Positions 9,306-19,005 of a DNA stretch of 64,000 nucleotides are shown here, in pieces (position 1 is the first letter of the stretch; every line of letters starts with the position of its first letter). Source of the DNA: Desulfosporosinus sp. (lineage in GTDB: Bacteria; Bacillota; Desulfitobacteriia; Desulfitobacteriales; Desulfitobacteriaceae); assembly GCA_049302315.1 (NCBI GenBank), contig JBAQLX010000677.1:11425-75424 (forward strand), in the 5' to 3' direction. The notes beneath the pieces are model-generated. The model was not told where the DNA came from, made no database searches, and worked only from the letters and a program-made list of their open reading frames with translations. The position numbers and the translations under genes were made by a program.

Positions 9306-9695
9306 TCACCCTATCCCTTCACTGTTAATAATCTTAAGTACATCCTCAAATGACCTCGCTACGCCTGCCAACGCACCCCTCATTGACACCGTGTTTAGGA
9401 AGTTCTCCTGTGCTGGCGATGGCTTACCCTTCAGTGATTTCACTTCAACGAACAATGCTCTGCCACCGGGTAGAACGCCGAATAGGTCTGAAAAGCCTGT
9501 GGGAATGCCTGAGTTAAACGGACGCGGTTCGAAGATTGTTAGTGAGCCGTCGGGGTTATGGAGAACCCGTGAACCTGTCCACGCTTGACCTACATTAAGA
9601 CGGAAGAGCAGGCCGTGGGGGATTTGGCGGGAGAATTCGATTCTGATGGTATTCTGAATATCCTGCTCCCTCATACCCTCCCCCACTTTCCCCAA
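9306..9695 (-). CDS. VRR-NUC domain nuclease
   Basis: 'GFSDLFGVLPGGRALFVEVKSLKGKPSPAQENFL' matches the PD-(D/E)xK core of VRR-NUC (D...EVK...Q). Confidence 0.8.
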   Translation of the reverse strand: MGKVGEGMREQDIQNTIRIEFSRQIPHGLLFRLNVGQAWTGSRVLHNPDGSLTIFEPRPFNSGIPTGFSDLFGVLPGGRALFVEVKSLKGKPSPAQENFLNTVSMRGALAGVARSFEDVLKIINSEGIG

Positions 9696-9765
9696 ACAAC
9701 CCTTGCCGCTGTCAAAAAGAACGTCCCTATACTGGTCATAACGAATACATACGCAAGCAAGGAAA

Positions 9766-10041
9766 TTATTTCGTACATGTTTTATCCTCCAGATGCTTCG
9801 CTCTATTCAACGCCTTGCAGGACCTGTTAAATAAATCCCGGCCACGATCATTGATCGGCAACGTCCAGCAAATCTCGTTAAGGTCAACCCATTCTTCCAG
9901 TACTTGATATAGATCATTAGTAATCCGTATGGAACCCTTCTTAGGGACAAGTCTCTTGCGCATTATTATGACTCCGATAATGACTCCGATAATGACCCCA
10001 ACCATTACGCCAATAGCTAGACCGCCATAGAATGTCATCAA
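9766..10041 (-). CDS. small membrane protein
   Basis: N-terminal TM segment with a (VIIG)x3 repeat. Confidence 0.5.
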   Translation of the reverse strand: MMTFYGGLAIGVMVGVIIGVIIGVIIMRKRLVPKKGSIRITNDLYQVLEEWVDLNEICWTLPINDRGRDLFNRSCKALNRAKHLEDKTCTK

Positions 10042-10475
10042 GATTCACCGCCTTGAGCTTTAAATATGGCTCGCTCGTAGATGGAGATTGCACTTAAAAC
10101 GTGCTCGCTCAACGGCATTAATTCTAACTGTTCCATGATTTCATTTAATGCCTCATACATCTCAGGCGCCGCCGCCATCAACCCAGCATTGCCTTCCTCC
10201 TCATCCTTTTCGCAAGCTTCATACCCCGCCATTGGTGCGAGTTGGTGATGCGTAATAGCAATAACCTTCTCTTGTATTTCTGTAGGTTCATCAATCAATC
10301 GCCCCATATTATCAGGATTCATTAAGCCCTTAGGGGCAATTAATGCCATGCTCATAAAACTTTCATCGTCACGGTAAACAACTTCCCATGGGCCGGGTGT
10401 GAACTTTGGTTTATTCAATATCTCTCCTCCTAAAACGGCAAATCTTCCGGTTCTATCGTTTCTAGTGGGCACCAT
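10038..10475 (-). CDS. hypothetical protein
   Basis: ORF only. Confidence 0.55.
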   Translation of the reverse strand: MVPTRNDRTGRFAVLGGEILNKPKFTPGPWEVVYRDDESFMSMALIAPKGLMNPDNMGRLIDEPTEIQEKVIAITHHQLAPMAGYEACEKDEEEGNAGLMAAAPEMYEALNEIMEQLELMPLSEHVLSAISIYERAIFKAQGGES

Positions 10476-10636
10476 TTAGGAAATGAAAATCGATCTTCGC
10501 CATGAATCATCCGGTGATTACCCTTTCTGACCGTGACTGCCCTGCATCGATACTCATTAGCTAAACGACCAAAACCTTGTTCGCAGTTTGGGCAATCAAC
10601 GCACGATGTCACGACTTCGGTGTATAGTTTTTCCAT
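10430..10636 (-). CDS. hypothetical Cys-containing protein
   Basis: ORF track 10430..10699; start moved to ATG 10636, which is preceded by GGAGGAG-N7 and does not overlap the upstream gene. Confidence 0.5.
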   Translation of the reverse strand: MEKLYTEVVTSCVDCPNCEQGFGRLANEYRCRAVTVRKGNHRMIHGEDRFSFPKWCPLETIEPEDLPF

Positions 10637-10640
10637 GGCG

Positions 10641-11093
10641 CTACTCCTCCATCGCAAGAAGTGCAGCTTTGCATATTGCTTCGGGAATAGTTGTCGCACG
10701 TACAGTAAACGGTGAATATGTTCCGTCTACCAAGCAAATCTCTACGGTTGCTCCATATTGTGAGTTTCCGTAATCTCCACCTTTATCGACGCAATAGAAG
10801 TCGAATTTTTCAGCCACTTCCAGTGCCGCAGATATGTCCTCTGAGTATCTCCTGTATATCTCCTTGCGGACAATATGCCCGCCATTAGCTACATACCGAG
10901 AGTTAGAATGATTAGTCATCATGTCTCCGTGCCAATTATTAGCCGCATTCTCTCGCTCGAAGTCCATAAAATATGCTGCTTCCTCCTTGTTCATGGCATA
11001 CCACATAATTTTTGGTGTCGCGTCGATGACCTTACCGATTGCTTCATCCAGTTCTCGACCCGGTACCATCGCTATAATCTCATCTCTCGTCAC
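10641..11093 (-). CDS. phage ABA-sandwich-domain-like protein
   Basis: N-terminus 'GRELDEAIGKVI' and central 'YSEDISAALEVAEKF' resemble the family pattern; moderate. Confidence 0.5.
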   Translation of the reverse strand: MTRDEIIAMVPGRELDEAIGKVIDATPKIMWYAMNKEEAAYFMDFERENAANNWHGDMMTNHSNSRYVANGGHIVRKEIYRRYSEDISAALEVAEKFDFYCVDKGGDYGNSQYGATVEICLVDGTYSPFTVRATTIPEAICKAALLAMEE

Positions 11094-11656
11094 GGCTTCT
11101 TCTCCCCCTCCTTCTCAAGCAAATAACACGCCTCCATATCCGCCATGTGCAGGTACACCGCCAACGGATAACTCCTAAACGCCTCTGCCATCGCTTGAGA
11201 CAAACTATAATCTTGTATCCCGGGCGTAAACCCTCCCATATGCCAACGGATCGCCATGAACTCCGAAGTCTTAAGTTTTATAAATCGATTAACGAATAGC
11301 GCGGATTTTTCCCCATGTCCATAAGCGAATTGGTCCTTAACAACATAAACCGGGTACTGCTCCCACTTATTGTCCTTATCCTTACGCCATCTCTGCTCCG
11401 TGGTATAAAACCCTATCTTGCAGAAATCGTGAGCCAAAGCCGTTATTGTAGCGGATTCATAATTTAGCCCCTTGTCCTGATTGGTAAGCAGGTCGAAAAC
11501 GTTAAGCGTGTGTTCCAGTAATCCGCCCTCGCGTGATAAGTGGTATTTTGTCGAACATGGAGCCGTGTAGAAGTCGGTAGTTTCTAACCACGCCAAGAGC
11601 TCAGGAACTCCTTCGCGTTGGACGGTTTGCCAGAGTTCGATGTAGCGGGTTTTCAT
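11090..11656 (-). CDS. HD-domain phosphohydrolase
   Basis: 'KYHLSREGGLLEHTLNV' ... 'ALAHDFCK' (H...HD...D pattern). Confidence 0.7.
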   Translation of the reverse strand: MKTRYIELWQTVQREGVPELLAWLETTDFYTAPCSTKYHLSREGGLLEHTLNVFDLLTNQDKGLNYESATITALAHDFCKIGFYTTEQRWRKDKDNKWEQYPVYVVKDQFAYGHGEKSALFVNRFIKLKTSEFMAIRWHMGGFTPGIQDYSLSQAMAEAFRSYPLAVYLHMADMEACYLLEKEGEKKP

Positions 11657-12537
11657 TACCCAATCCCCCTGTCTTTAAATAAATAATCAGCCCATGCTAC
11701 AGTTTCGTATACGTGACCATTTACATATCTTGCGAAGTCCCTTTGATACTCACTTGTTCTGTCATAAGGCATTACGAACGATCTAATTCCTAAACTTTTT
11801 AGCATTTCAACTCTGTATAAATCTTCATCCGCAATTGTGTCATATCCAATCAAAACGTAGAACATTAACTTCCAAGGCTTCATGTATCTCGTTAATGTGC
11901 TAATTCCTTTCATGACATCTCGTTCAAGATCCATAGAATCCCAAGCGAAGCGAAGCCTGTAGCCCTTCCATAATTGGACCTTGGATAGTAGCCTTGCTTT
12001 CTCGTCATCAATCAGGCGAATGTCTAGCCCTTGGTTAAAGTCAGTTTGGATTTTATGTTTGATGACTTGCTTGCAGATTAGGTTAAAATGTTCTGTATCT
12101 CCTGTGAGATTGTTATCCATGATTATCAAGCGTTCTTGTCCACGCCAGAACTGATGAATGTCAGCTACAGTGTGCAGTTTTCCTTCTTTACGTGGTACGA
12201 TGCAGAAACCGCATGATCTATTGCATCCTCGTGTTGTAAATCCCATGGCAGAGTTGATTCCGTAGAGTGAATAATCGGGACACATGGTTTCGATGTAATC
12301 AGGGAGTTTAATATCAATGTCATAACCACTTCCACCCTGGAACACTTCGCAATTAGGATGAAAATAACCATATTTATCAGTATCCTTAAAAACTTTAGAC
12401 GAATAGATACGGTCCGGCCGATCAAATAAGGGATCAAATACTTTTACTTCATCTCCTTGTGCTTTGTGCCATGCAGAGAGTTTCATAAGCGCAAGGTTAG
12501 GTATTTTTGAATCCACATTAACTAATCCTATCCTCAC
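11656..12537 (-). CDS. radical SAM protein (paralog 1)
   Basis: CxxxCxxC 'TTRGCNRSCGFCIVPRKEGKL'; GTG start at 12537 after GGAGGTAAGGAG; paralog of 28536..29438. Confidence 0.7.
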   Translation of the reverse strand: MRIGLVNVDSKIPNLALMKLSAWHKAQGDEVKVFDPLFDRPDRIYSSKVFKDTDKYGYFHPNCEVFQGGSGYDIDIKLPDYIETMCPDYSLYGINSAMGFTTRGCNRSCGFCIVPRKEGKLHTVADIHQFWRGQERLIIMDNNLTGDTEHFNLICKQVIKHKIQTDFNQGLDIRLIDDEKARLLSKVQLWKGYRLRFAWDSMDLERDVMKGISTLTRYMKPWKLMFYVLIGYDTIADEDLYRVEMLKSLGIRSFVMPYDRTSEYQRDFARYVNGHVYETVAWADYLFKDRGIG

Positions 12538-12544
12538 TGTCTCC

Positions 12545-13912
12545 TTACCTCCATGCCTGCTTACTCCGAACGTCCAGCATCTTATCAACCCATCTCAACG
12601 AATACCCGCGCTTAATCGCGATCTGCTCCAATTCGCTCCGCGTCCTCGCCGCACCAATCTCGCGCTTTTGGGCTTTCCTCTCCAGGTCCTTAATCTGCAG
12701 CAGCTCGCCCTTCGTCTGCTTAATCGGTTCCTGTGCCTGTACTGCATACACAAACCCACAGTTCGGGCAGCTCGGCCTCGGCAAGTGAGCGTAATAACAC
12801 TCAGGACATTGACGAATCTTAATCTCTGATGGTTCGCGCTTTTTCATCTTTCCTTCCAGTGACCATTCCCTGTCCTCATCCGGCAACCCGTGTCGATAAA
12901 CGTTTCCGACGTGGTCGATGATTACGGCGCGCTTATCCGGGTTCTCTGGATCCGCCCTCATCGCCCTCATGGCTTGCTGGATAAACAACACAACGGACTG
13001 CGTTGGTCTCAGCAGAATAACTGCCTCCATATTCGGCACGTCGAACCCCTCTGAAACGAGATCCACGTTGGTCAGTATCCTTACGACACCTGTCCTGAAC
13101 TGCTCAATTGCTAACTTACGCACCGTGTCAGGAGTCTTTCCGTCGATATACGCCGCTGGTATCCCTGCCAGATTAAACTCCCGCGCTACATGTTCAGCGT
13201 GCTCACAGCTTGCGCAGTAACAAATCGCCCGTTTTCCATCTGCCAACTTGCGATACGTCGCGATGACATCCCCGATGATCTCCGACTTGTCCATCCTCAG
13301 CGCGACTTCCGATGTCTGATAGTCTCCGTACTTAACTTTGATATCTGTAAAATCTGCCACAACCGGTGGGGAGTAGTAATCGAAGGGGGATAGGTTACCC
13401 ATCTCGATTAATTCCTGCACACTCGGACCTAGTGCCAAGGCTTGAAATATAACCCCTAGTCCATCGCCTGATAATCTAGCTGGTGTAGCTGTAAATCCGA
13501 TGATTAACGCGTTAGGGAAGTGTTCTATAACTTTACGCCAGGTGTTCGCTACCGCGTGGTGAGCTTCGTCGAATATGATTAGATCCGGCGACTTCTCGAA
13601 CTTATCAAGCTGTCGAACCAAGGTGTAAACACTCGCAATGTGCATATCGCATGTATTTATATTCCTAGAATTAAGTACCTCATATGGGAGATAAAATTCA
13701 TCCAACGTCCTCGACGTCTGCTCAATTAACTCCTGCCGATGCACAACAATAAGTATCTTTTGTTTTTTCGCCCTCGACTGGGCCGTAATCCACGAAAACA
13801 GTACGGTTTTTCCACTTCCACAGGGTGCCACCGTGCAAATCCGGGAGCGCCCGGCAAGGATTAGGTGCCGGAGCTCCTCTATTAATTCGGTTTGGTAATC
13901 TCGTAGTTGCAT
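12545..13912 (-). CDS. SF2 DEAD/DEAH-box helicase (Res-subunit/UvsW-like) with C-terminal zinc ribbon
   Basis: Walker A 'APCGSGKT', 'FDEAHH', 'TATP', motif VI 'QQAMRAMR', 'CPECYY...CPNCG'. Confidence 0.85.
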   Translation of the reverse strand: MQLRDYQTELIEELRHLILAGRSRICTVAPCGSGKTVLFSWITAQSRAKKQKILIVVHRQELIEQTSRTLDEFYLPYEVLNSRNINTCDMHIASVYTLVRQLDKFEKSPDLIIFDEAHHAVANTWRKVIEHFPNALIIGFTATPARLSGDGLGVIFQALALGPSVQELIEMGNLSPFDYYSPPVVADFTDIKVKYGDYQTSEVALRMDKSEIIGDVIATYRKLADGKRAICYCASCEHAEHVAREFNLAGIPAAYIDGKTPDTVRKLAIEQFRTGVVRILTNVDLVSEGFDVPNMEAVILLRPTQSVVLFIQQAMRAMRADPENPDKRAVIIDHVGNVYRHGLPDEDREWSLEGKMKKREPSEIKIRQCPECYYAHLPRPSCPNCGFVYAVQAQEPIKQTKGELLQIKDLERKAQKREIGAARTRSELEQIAIKRGYSLRWVDKMLDVRSKQAWR

Positions 13913-13943
13913 TTAGATTCCCACTAACTTATTTAGAATTATC

Positions 13944-14630
13944 TCAAAAAGGTATGTCGTCATCGAGGCTTACTTCATGCCCGTATTGGCGCGCTGGACC
14001 CTGACCGGGCGGCTGTCCCTGTGCTTGCCCGAACTGCAGTTGTCCCGGTGGCTGCCCCTGATATGACGAAGGCGGCGGCATATTCGGATTAGGCATGTTC
14101 GGATGGCCGGTGCCCTGTGGTGGCACATATCCTGGAGGAGGAGCGTATTGACCGGAATAAGGACCCGGTTGCTGCTGTTGATATGCAGGTTGCCCAGGTT
14201 GTTGCGGGTAAGGTTGTTGGTATGGTTGCTGATATGTTGGTTGCTGATATGTTGGTGTATTTTGTGCCTGGGGTTGTTGTGCAGGTGCTCCGACGTTCTC
14301 ATCTTTTGGGCTCAAAAATCTGACATCCTCGCCAATAACCTCAGTTACCCAATGTTTTTGGCTGTTATTATCATTGTATGTCCTAACTTGAATGCGGCCA
14401 TCGACTGCGGCGATCTTACCCTTGGCAAGGTAGTTACTGCATAACTCAGCAAGTTTAGCCTTGTACGGCGGAATACTACATGGTATAAAATCCGTTTCCT
14501 TTTCACCTTGTGCGTTTTTCATTGAACGATCACAGGCTAAGGTAAAATTACATGTGGCGTTTCCGTTAGGCGTGTAGCGCAATTCGGGATCTTTCGTTAA
14601 TCTGCCAATCAGTACGACTCGGTTTAACAA
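13944..14630 (-). CDS. ssb: single-stranded DNA-binding protein
   Basis: 'MLNRVVLIGRLTKDPELRYTPNG' OB-fold start, P/Q/Y-rich linker, acidic tip 'DDDIPF'. Confidence 0.92.
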   Translation of the reverse strand: MLNRVVLIGRLTKDPELRYTPNGNATCNFTLACDRSMKNAQGEKETDFIPCSIPPYKAKLAELCSNYLAKGKIAAVDGRIQVRTYNDNNSQKHWVTEVIGEDVRFLSPKDENVGAPAQQPQAQNTPTYQQPTYQQPYQQPYPQQPGQPAYQQQQPGPYSGQYAPPPGYVPPQGTGHPNMPNPNMPPPSSYQGQPPGQLQFGQAQGQPPGQGPARQYGHEVSLDDDIPF

Positions 14631-14635
14631 TTTTA

Positions 14636-15205
14636 TTACCTCCCGTAATTCTCGAGTTCGGTCTTTAATACACTTAGTTCAGTTATGTTTAGCTGCTCAA
14701 TCGGCTTACTGAATCGTTTTAAAACGTAATCAGGGAACAGTGCATGATCCCATTTCCATAACGCAGTAATATGCGCGATAAGCTTAGATTCTGGCGTTTC
14801 TGTGACGAATTCTGGAATAGCTTGCTCCTGAATTTTTACTCCAGTGGGAAGTTCAGCCAACTCATTAACCGCGATATTTAAGGCGCCTAACCACGCATAT
14901 CTCCATGCCATTGTTCCGGCTTTAGCAACTGCCTTGTCCCCTTGATCCACTCCTGACCCGAACGCGATATTTACTATCGTTTCGTCGGATTCAACGTCTA
15001 GAATAGTCAATTTGCAAGACATTGTAACGAGCTGCCACACAACCCCCTGAGCCGTTGTTCTCTCTTTGGATTCAGCGAGTTCGTACTGAATCTGTGTTAT
15101 GAGTTTTTGATCAAGAAGAGCTTCGTTGATTTTTGCGAAGGCTTGCTCGTTTGGGATTTGGCGGATGACCCCAAGGAGTTTTATTGCGATTTTCATATGG
15201 CTCAC
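14636..15205 (-). CDS. ERF-family single-strand annealing protein
   Basis: 'GDKAVAKAGTMAWRYAWLGALNI' resembles the ERF conserved block; sits between ssb and the nuclease gene. Confidence 0.65.
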   Translation of the reverse strand: MSHMKIAIKLLGVIRQIPNEQAFAKINEALLDQKLITQIQYELAESKERTTAQGVVWQLVTMSCKLTILDVESDETIVNIAFGSGVDQGDKAVAKAGTMAWRYAWLGALNIAVNELAELPTGVKIQEQAIPEFVTETPESKLIAHITALWKWDHALFPDYVLKRFSKPIEQLNITELSVLKTELENYGR

Positions 15206-18200
15206 GCAATCCTCACCTTGCTTCCTTCGTCCCCCATGTCCACCACTTCGATCTGCTGTGGAAACCTAGCTTTCATGGCTGGGTCGTGGGAGATTGCAAT
15301 AACCCGCATATTAGGATACCTATGGTTAAGCCCCTCCAATGCGTCACAGTAAGCCTCTACACCTTCAGAATCCAGGAATGGCGGCTCGTCCACAAACATC
15401 ATCCCCAACTGAATTCCGACTCTCCGTGCCTTCAAGTCCGCTAATGCAAACGCATTCGCTAGGGCAGCTTTAACCTTTTGCCCACCGGACCGATCTTTAT
15501 AAGGGATGTTTCCACGCCAGTCGATGATCCACACCTCAAGGGCATTAACCTCTTTCTTGTTGCTCTTTTGGACTCGCTCGGTTTTCATTTCTAAAGCCAT
15601 TTTTCCTCCGGTCATTTGTCCGAGGATTTCATTAGAAGTTGCTGATAATTCCGGTACCACTGAGCGCACGATAGAGAACGGGATTCCGTCAATACCGAAT
15701 GCCTTTGTGAGAGTTTGGTATCTCGTTAGTGATTTCGCTGCCGGTTCCATTTCGTCCGCGACCTGTTTACGCTCTGCTTCGTCCTTAGCTAGCGCTTCGA
15801 GTTGTGATGTTATGGCTCCGATTTTGACAGAGCAGTCGAGCTGCCGGTTATGAAGAAGCTTGAGATCATCGTAAAATTTATTAACATTTTGTTCAGCAGT
15901 AGGGAGTCCGATGGTTTCGGAACTAATAACTAATTGCTCCTCTTCCATCGTCTTAATCTGGCTTTCCTTAGTTGCAATGTCTGCCTCGATACCCTTAATA
16001 ATGTCAGCGGTCGAGAGAACGACCTGTCGTGCTGCCGGGAGCTCATCCTTGGCGAAAACCCACTGCAGGAGCTTGGGGAGGCGTTCATTTAGCGATGGTA
16101 AAACGGCAAGCTCAGTTCTCAATGCGGTATCGGATTCATTTATCTCCTTAAGTTGCGCCTGCAGTTCAGTTCTTCGTTTCTCGCAATCGGCCAATTGTTC
16201 CCTAATCCCCTTTAATAGCTCAGACTTGGAGTATAGTTGCCCTGCGAGTTCAGCCTTAGGCCTGAGCGCATTCACCGATTCCTTGAGGTAATAATGATCA
16301 GCACTGACATATCCCAATGCCTTACGCTTGACTTCCAGTTCCTCAACTAACTTCACGAGTGGAATTCGTTCCATTTGCATGACTCTGATTTTTTCCTCAA
16401 GAAAAGGAATTTGGGAATTTGCGAACTGGGCGTCAGCGAGGAAGGCACATTTCGCGTTAACAGGGTCGACGCAATTAGATTTAGCGAGCATAGAGGACTT
16501 CTGCGTAAACTCATTCAGTTTTAGTTGCTTCAGGTTTATTAAATCCGTAACTTCGTCGACATCTTTCTCTGCGCTTAAAATAAGCATGTCAATCTCTGTG
16601 TCTTTAGTCCCCAACGCATCCATTATTTCAAGTGTTATCAATTCTTCTTGGTACCGATTCGCCGCCAAATCCAGCCCGGGCTTACTTGCTAAAACGTTCT
16701 CAAGCTCGGTTATCTGTGGTGCTAAGGTATTAATTTTGGTATTCAGCACGGCTATATCATTAGTAACCCGAGAGTGATCATTCATAAGTTCCAGCACCTT
16801 GGGTTGTTTGGTTTCAAGCACAAGAACCTGGTCCTTCACCCTTTGGTATTCGTCTGCTTTAGCTATGATAGTGGCCTCATTCGCTAGTATCTGTTGGGCT
16901 CGCTCGGTCTGCTTTTGGTTCTGAATAATATCTGAGTTCTTAGCGAGGAGCTCACTTTTCAGCGTATCAATCTGCTTTCTAATTTCCTCTGCTTTTTCGG
17001 CCTTACTCTTAAGCGCGTGGACTAATTCTTCGGCAGCTTTAAGCTCAGCTTCCTTTATCTCCATATCTCGCTTAACCAGATCAATGTCCGTCTCTGCTTC
17101 AGATAGCTCAATTACCAACCGAGTTTTATCCTTCAACTTCTCATCCAGATCAGCCAGCTTCGCCTTCGATATCGCCAACGACTTATTCAGCTCGCTAACC
17201 TTCGCCTTCGCCAAGTCGGTTAATTCTTCGTATAAACTCAGCCCCAAGATATTTGCCAGCACACTCATCCGCGCTTCCTTGTCGGCCTCCATAAATAACC
17301 CATAAGCATCCTGCATAATCAAGGCCGTGCAGCGGAACGTAGCGCAATCCATGCCTAGTAAGGCCTCAATTTTCTCCTGCGTTGCCTTGGCCGTGGTACC
17401 GGATCGATTAACCCATTCGCCGTTGATAAATTCATCAAGCGCGAGGACGATTTTTCCAGATCCCTTAATACTCCTAGCCCGAACCACGCGCCAAATGCTC
17501 GATCCCATACTAAACTCAAACCACATTGACCCTTCCGTCTGTCCGTTTGTAATCCAGCTCCCGGTAACCCCAGTACGAGTTTCTTCATAAATACAATCAC
17601 TCAGTGAGTCCATGAAGAATGCTGACTTGCCAATTCCATTGGGGCCGTTAACTGTAGCGAAGTAGATGTCCTGGAAATTGAAAGTTTCTTCGAGATAGGA
17701 CCTGTAATTTTTAACCGTCAGCGATCGAGGTTCAAATACCCCTGATAGTGTGCCGGTTGGCATTTTAGCCGAGATAGTGGCTATGAGTGGTTTCGATAAT
17801 TCGAGGATAAGAGTAGTATCCTCCGCGCTGAATCCCTCCGTGGTTAGCCATGTGTGCAGGTTTTCGAGGGGTCCTGATGTTTCAGTTAATTCCTGCTTGG
17901 TAAGTGCCGTGACAATCCGCTTCGTTTTAATTTCTGCCACATGGAAGGCCCCGCCGGACTTAATCAGCGATTCCATTTCTTTGTGATTTAATAGGGGGCG
18001 CTGTTCTTCAGTGCACTCGTACTCAACGCGGACGATCGCCCCGACTGTGGGGTACATAAATGGGGGATCATCTGGCTTTTCTCCAGCCAGTGCCCATTTC
18101 ATTCGTGCTTGCAAATCAACGCAATCCGTGAAGTCAACCTTTAGCGTGTGGAATTCTCTATATGGTGTCTTAATGAATTCCGAACCGATATAATGAGGTC

Positions 18201-19005
18201 CGAAGGGCGCTCCTTGATCAATCTCATGCATCCAAAACCCCTTATCCTGCCCCTCCTCATTGAAGGTAATCCCATTCACAGGACCGGAGTAAAACACTGG
18301 TTTTCCTGCACACTCAACCTGTTGTGCCCGGTGAATGTGTCCCAATGCCACTAAGTCGAACGCGGATCCCACTAGTGCCTCCTTCGGCAAAACAACCTCC
18401 GACTGAGTGAATACATGCTGGCCATTGTCTAACTCGCAACCCACAACCGTATAGTGAGCCATTAATACACTTGGGATAGTCGGTTCAAGTTGTGCGCTCA
18501 GACCATTAACTATGTCGCCGAGTAACTTCGAGCACATCACGGATTCTTCAGCTGGTACCATGCCCGGGTTTTTGGCGCGGAAGTAGCCCTTGTCGAAGCC
18601 GGGGAGACAGGCGACTTCGAGGGGGCCCGAAATGGTATCTATAAAAAGTAGCTCGGGTTTCGTTATAACGCGAAGCCCATGAATATTCATGTTTCTGATA
18701 TTTTCAAAGGCCTTCATGCTATCATGATTATCGGTCCCGAACATTAGTACGGTGGGCGCAACCTCAGCGAGTAACCGTAACCGCTGGGTTGCCGCGTCGA
18801 TCAGCGAGAGCATATTGTCGCCCCAAAGTTTTGACTTGTCGAAGAGATCGCCGGAGATCAAAATGGCATCCGGTTGCTCTCTTTGTGCGTAGTCAACGAG
18901 GAAATCGAAACATCGAAGCGTATCAAGCAAGCGAGCATTTTGGCCGTTTACGACAGGCCCGGGTAAATCACCTAGGTGGATATCCGCGCTGTGTAAAATC
19001 CTCAC
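15202..19005 (-). CDS. fused SbcD(Mre11)-SbcC(Rad50)-like nuclease/ATPase
   Basis: Phosphoesterase motifs 'ADIHLGD','SGDLFD','GTDNHD','LGHIH', then Walker A 'GPNGIGKS', about 600 aa of coiled coil, signature 'SGGQKV', Walker B 'MMFVDEP', 'ISHD'. Start set to GTG 19005 (AGGGAG-N7, GTGA overlap with upstream stop) instead of the track start 19113. Confidence 0.8.
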   Translation of the reverse strand: MRILHSADIHLGDLPGPVVNGQNARLLDTLRCFDFLVDYAQREQPDAILISGDLFDKSKLWGDNMLSLIDAATQRLRLLAEVAPTVLMFGTDNHDSMKAFENIRNMNIHGLRVITKPELLFIDTISGPLEVACLPGFDKGYFRAKNPGMVPAEESVMCSKLLGDIVNGLSAQLEPTIPSVLMAHYTVVGCELDNGQHVFTQSEVVLPKEALVGSAFDLVALGHIHRAQQVECAGKPVFYSGPVNGITFNEEGQDKGFWMHEIDQGAPFGPHYIGSEFIKTPYREFHTLKVDFTDCVDLQARMKWALAGEKPDDPPFMYPTVGAIVRVEYECTEEQRPLLNHKEMESLIKSGGAFHVAEIKTKRIVTALTKQELTETSGPLENLHTWLTTEGFSAEDTTLILELSKPLIATISAKMPTGTLSGVFEPRSLTVKNYRSYLEETFNFQDIYFATVNGPNGIGKSAFFMDSLSDCIYEETRTGVTGSWITNGQTEGSMWFEFSMGSSIWRVVRARSIKGSGKIVLALDEFINGEWVNRSGTTAKATQEKIEALLGMDCATFRCTALIMQDAYGLFMEADKEARMSVLANILGLSLYEELTDLAKAKVSELNKSLAISKAKLADLDEKLKDKTRLVIELSEAETDIDLVKRDMEIKEAELKAAEELVHALKSKAEKAEEIRKQIDTLKSELLAKNSDIIQNQKQTERAQQILANEATIIAKADEYQRVKDQVLVLETKQPKVLELMNDHSRVTNDIAVLNTKINTLAPQITELENVLASKPGLDLAANRYQEELITLEIMDALGTKDTEIDMLILSAEKDVDEVTDLINLKQLKLNEFTQKSSMLAKSNCVDPVNAKCAFLADAQFANSQIPFLEEKIRVMQMERIPLVKLVEELEVKRKALGYVSADHYYLKESVNALRPKAELAGQLYSKSELLKGIREQLADCEKRRTELQAQLKEINESDTALRTELAVLPSLNERLPKLLQWVFAKDELPAARQVVLSTADIIKGIEADIATKESQIKTMEEEQLVISSETIGLPTAEQNVNKFYDDLKLLHNRQLDCSVKIGAITSQLEALAKDEAERKQVADEMEPAAKSLTRYQTLTKAFGIDGIPFSIVRSVVPELSATSNEILGQMTGGKMALEMKTERVQKSNKKEVNALEVWIIDWRGNIPYKDRSGGQKVKAALANAFALADLKARRVGIQLGMMFVDEPPFLDSEGVEAYCDALEGLNHRYPNMRVIAISHDPAMKARFPQQIEVVDMGDEGSKVRIA

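Noticed and set aside
13970-14444. Alternative-frame ORFs across the ssb gene (13970..14302 minus; 14103..14444 and 14117..14323 plus)
   Set aside because: These are artefacts of the low-complexity P/Q/Y-coding repeat in the SSB linker. The SSB frame has the OB-fold start and the DDDIPF tip.
16300-16700. Rad50-type CxxC zinc hook in the SbcC-like coiled coil
   Set aside because: Only 'CVDPVNAKC' (Cys-x8-Cys) is present. It cannot be called a hook from sequence alone, so it is noted as an open question under the fusion finding.
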